This document shows, in pieces, positions 61,456-64,000 of a stretch of 64,000 bases of DNA. The notes under the pieces were generated by a model. That model saw only the letters and a program-made list of their open reading frames with translations. It was not told where the DNA came from and made no database searches. The position numbers and the translations under genes were made by a program. Positions within the stretch are counted from its first letter, which is position 1. Each line of letters starts with the position of its first letter. This DNA comes from Vicugna vicugna. Its lineage: Eukaryota. The stretch is from positions 1,996,335 to 2,060,334 of the forward strand of contig MU057521.1 of NCBI GenBank assembly GCA_013265495.1, read 5' to 3'.

Positions 61456-61872
61456 TGTTTGTTATCTAGGGCTGCGGTAGCAAAGTACCACAAACTGGAT
61501 GGCTTAGAACAGAAATTTATTCTCCCACAGTTCTGGAGGCTCAAAGTCCAAAATCAAGGTGTCAACAGGTGTGAACAGGTCCCTAGGAAGGCTCTAGGGA
61601 TAAATCTTTCCTTTCCTCTTCCTAGCCTTTGGTGGTGGCTGACAATCCTTGGCTTGCAACTGTACCACTTCAATCTATGCCACTGTTGTCCCATGGCATC
61701 CTCCCTGGGTGTTTCCGTCTTTCCTATTCTTACGAGGTCACCAGTTATACTGGATTAGGAATAACCTCATCTTAACTTAGTTATATCTATGACAACCCCA
61801 TTTCCAAATAAGGTCACATCCACAGGTACCGGCATCAATGTCTTTTGAGGACACACAACTCAACCCATAACA
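61456..61872 (-). mobile_element. MaLR solo LTR (MLT1B/C-like)
   Basis: AAAGTACCACAAACTGG, CAGAAATTTATTCTCCCACAGTTCTGGAGGC, TTTCCAAATAAGGTCACAT, ends CAACCCATAACA. Confidence 0.85.
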
Positions 61873-62324
61873 ATGTGTATCCAATATGATTTTTTTCCCT
61901 CAAACTAATGAGAATTGTTTATTCCAAGACCCAAGGGCTTAGCAACCCCTGAACTTCAAGGTGATCCATATCTTTCTAAAATCTAGCCATTTCATATTTC
62001 TGCTCAAAGTTCTTCAGAGGCTGAAATCTCAACTCCTGTGCATGGTATGATGTGGCCCAAGCCTAGCCCTGGACGCCCAACCAACCTTTCCACTTTCACT
62101 TCTTGTAGCCACGTTACCTCTGTGTGCTTTCTGGAACATGCCGAGATCTCTTCCGTCTTCTGCCTTTGCACATCTGCTTGTCTCCCTGAAGGGAACCCAA
62201 CTTTCTTGTGGCAAATTCACACTTATTCCTCCAGCCTTATCTCAACAACTTCCTCCTTCGTGAGGCTGTCTCCAGCTATCCTGGGCAGTCCCAGGATCCC
62301 ACTTGTGCCACCAGAAGAGTTTTT

Positions 62325-62550
62325 GTGCAGAGGCTGAGAGCTTCAAAGTCAGAAAACTGGTTTGGATCCTGGTTTCATCACATTGCTGCTGCAGCCTTGG
62401 CCCAGTTACTTAACCTCTCTGTGCCTGTACCCTCATTTATAACTCAGGGATAGAAAAGTATGACTGGTACAGTCAGTGTATGATTTAAATGAGTTAAATG
62501 TAAAGCACTCATAAGAGTGACTGGCACAGGTTACATTTTCAATGGTCGTT
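62325..62550 (+). mobile_element. MIR SINE
   Basis: CCTTGGCCCAGTTACTTAACCTCTCTGTGCCT...CCTCATTTATAA...GATTTAAATGAGTTAA.TGTAAAGCACT. Confidence 0.8.
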
Positions 62551-64000
62551 ATCATACTGAACCATAGTTACTGTTGGATCATAGTGTAATTTCTGACATT
62601 TGTTTTTGCCTCTAGATTAGAAACTATTTGAAGGCAGGGGCCATATTTTTCCTTTGTGCATTCCCAGCCTAGAATAGTGCCTGACGTTCAAGTAACTGTG
62701 GCATAAAATTCAGAGGCCCAAAGAAGGAATGGGGAGTGGTTCCTCTTTCTCCAGGAAGACTTGTAAGAGCCTTCAGAGGGGTGAGGAAGTGGGGAGAAGT
62801 AAACCAGAAATGTAATCGCCATGAGGGAGGTACAAATTGTTTCTGCAAAACTGTATCCCTGGTGCCTGGATACCGAGCTCATCACAGGCTCTCAGTAAAC
62901 ATATATTGAATGAGGGTATAAAGTCAGGAGTGGAACAGAAGTCAAGAAATATTTTTGTTTTTAAAGGTCCAAACATAAAAATTACAGAGGTGATATCCTA
63001 TGCATTTATGTACATCAACTGCTCAAATTAAAAGGTTAAGTTTGCCAATCAAGATATCCTAGGAATCTCTTCTCAATGTGATCAAAAATGTTCTATTTAA
63101 GGACTGAGAAATATGAAGGCGTGTTCTTTCCTATAACTGTCTCCCATGCATTTCAGAGTCTAGGAGATATTTCACTGTTGGAATATGAAAGTTTAAAGTA
63201 TGGGAAAGCAATTTATTTGTATCTGAAACATAATGACTTAAGAAATTTTCTGAAACTCCACACTTCTTACCCTTTACTCATATAGCCCACATCAGAGTCA
63301 CACAAACACAGAACATATCTGAAACAAGAGCCCAGAATACCACATACTGACTCCGAAAATATTACTTCCCAAAAATTGATAAAAATCAAGACTTGCCAAG
63401 TGTTTAAGACGCAAGATTAGGATAACATTATCAAAGAGGGTTGTGTTTTGCTGAAGTGTCTCTTAAAAATGCACATTTCTAAAAAATAAGTTTTCAAATC
63501 TGTAAAGCATGTTCCCCATTTATTTCTTGTTGTGATTCAGAAATACAAGATATGAAAATTAGGTTACAATTCTGCCACAAAAGCTTCTAAAGTAGCAAAC
63601 ACAGGTTCTAATATATATCAAAATAGCCATATGCACTCTCATCAGTTTAAAAATGTCTTAGAGTTGTCACATTAAGCAAGTGTAAAATATAATAGCTATT
63701 ATCTCCTCTTCAAAATACCAAATCTGCCACCACTGCTCCGAACTAAACAAGATTTAGTCCAAACTATGACGGTTAGGGTTAGTAGGTATTTTTCAAAGCT
63801 GAGTTACTAATAATTTAAGGAAATGAGAAAGACGCAAAACATTTTACGTCAAAAAGTATGAACATTTAAGTGTCTTCAAGTGAATAAGACATGTTTAAAT
63901 TAGAAAATGATGTGATAAAATTAAATCTGTTGATGATATAATTTGGGGGAAAAAATTATGGTATTTCCTTCTTCTAGAAAGACAAAGACACCCAATTCTT

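Noticed and set aside
62900..64000. Possible 3' end of the upstream neighbour KDSR
   Set aside because: Expected by human synteny, but only AT-rich sequence with no recognisable exon is visible.
1..64000. Prokaryote-type systems (CRISPR arrays, operons, defence islands) or intact retroviral/transposase genes
   Set aside because: Sequence is mammalian intron/promoter DNA; no regularly spaced repeats or intact gag/pol/env/transposase ORFs seen.

Overview
Mammalian genomic DNA containing the 5' end of BCL2 on the minus strand. It includes non-coding exon 1, a 207-nt intron 1, exon 2 (ATG at 56418, 184 codons, BH4-loop-BH3-BH1-most of BH2) and the first ~56 kb of the very large intron 2. Exon 3 lies beyond the left edge. 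A 393-nt assembly gap (57823-58215) hides the core of the GC-rich P1 promoter. Two short tRNA-derived SINEs with target-site duplications resemble the camelid Vic-1 family, suggesting a camel/alpaca/llama genome (inference). The rest is intron/intergenic DNA with old L1M, L2, MIR, MaLR, MER21 and hAT relics, and almost all listed ORFs are noise. I found no wholly new biological system. The best leads are: an in-frame loop deletion removing the caspase-3 site (human D34), unusual core substitutions, a layered uORF/G-quadruplex leader, an intronic poly(A) signal for a BCL2-beta-like isoform, a tandem STAT5-type GAS enhancer candidate at ~23.8 kb, and Z-DNA/G4/CTCF elements flanking P1. Comparisons with human/bovine sequences and repeat family names are from memory and need alignment; repeat boundaries are approximate.
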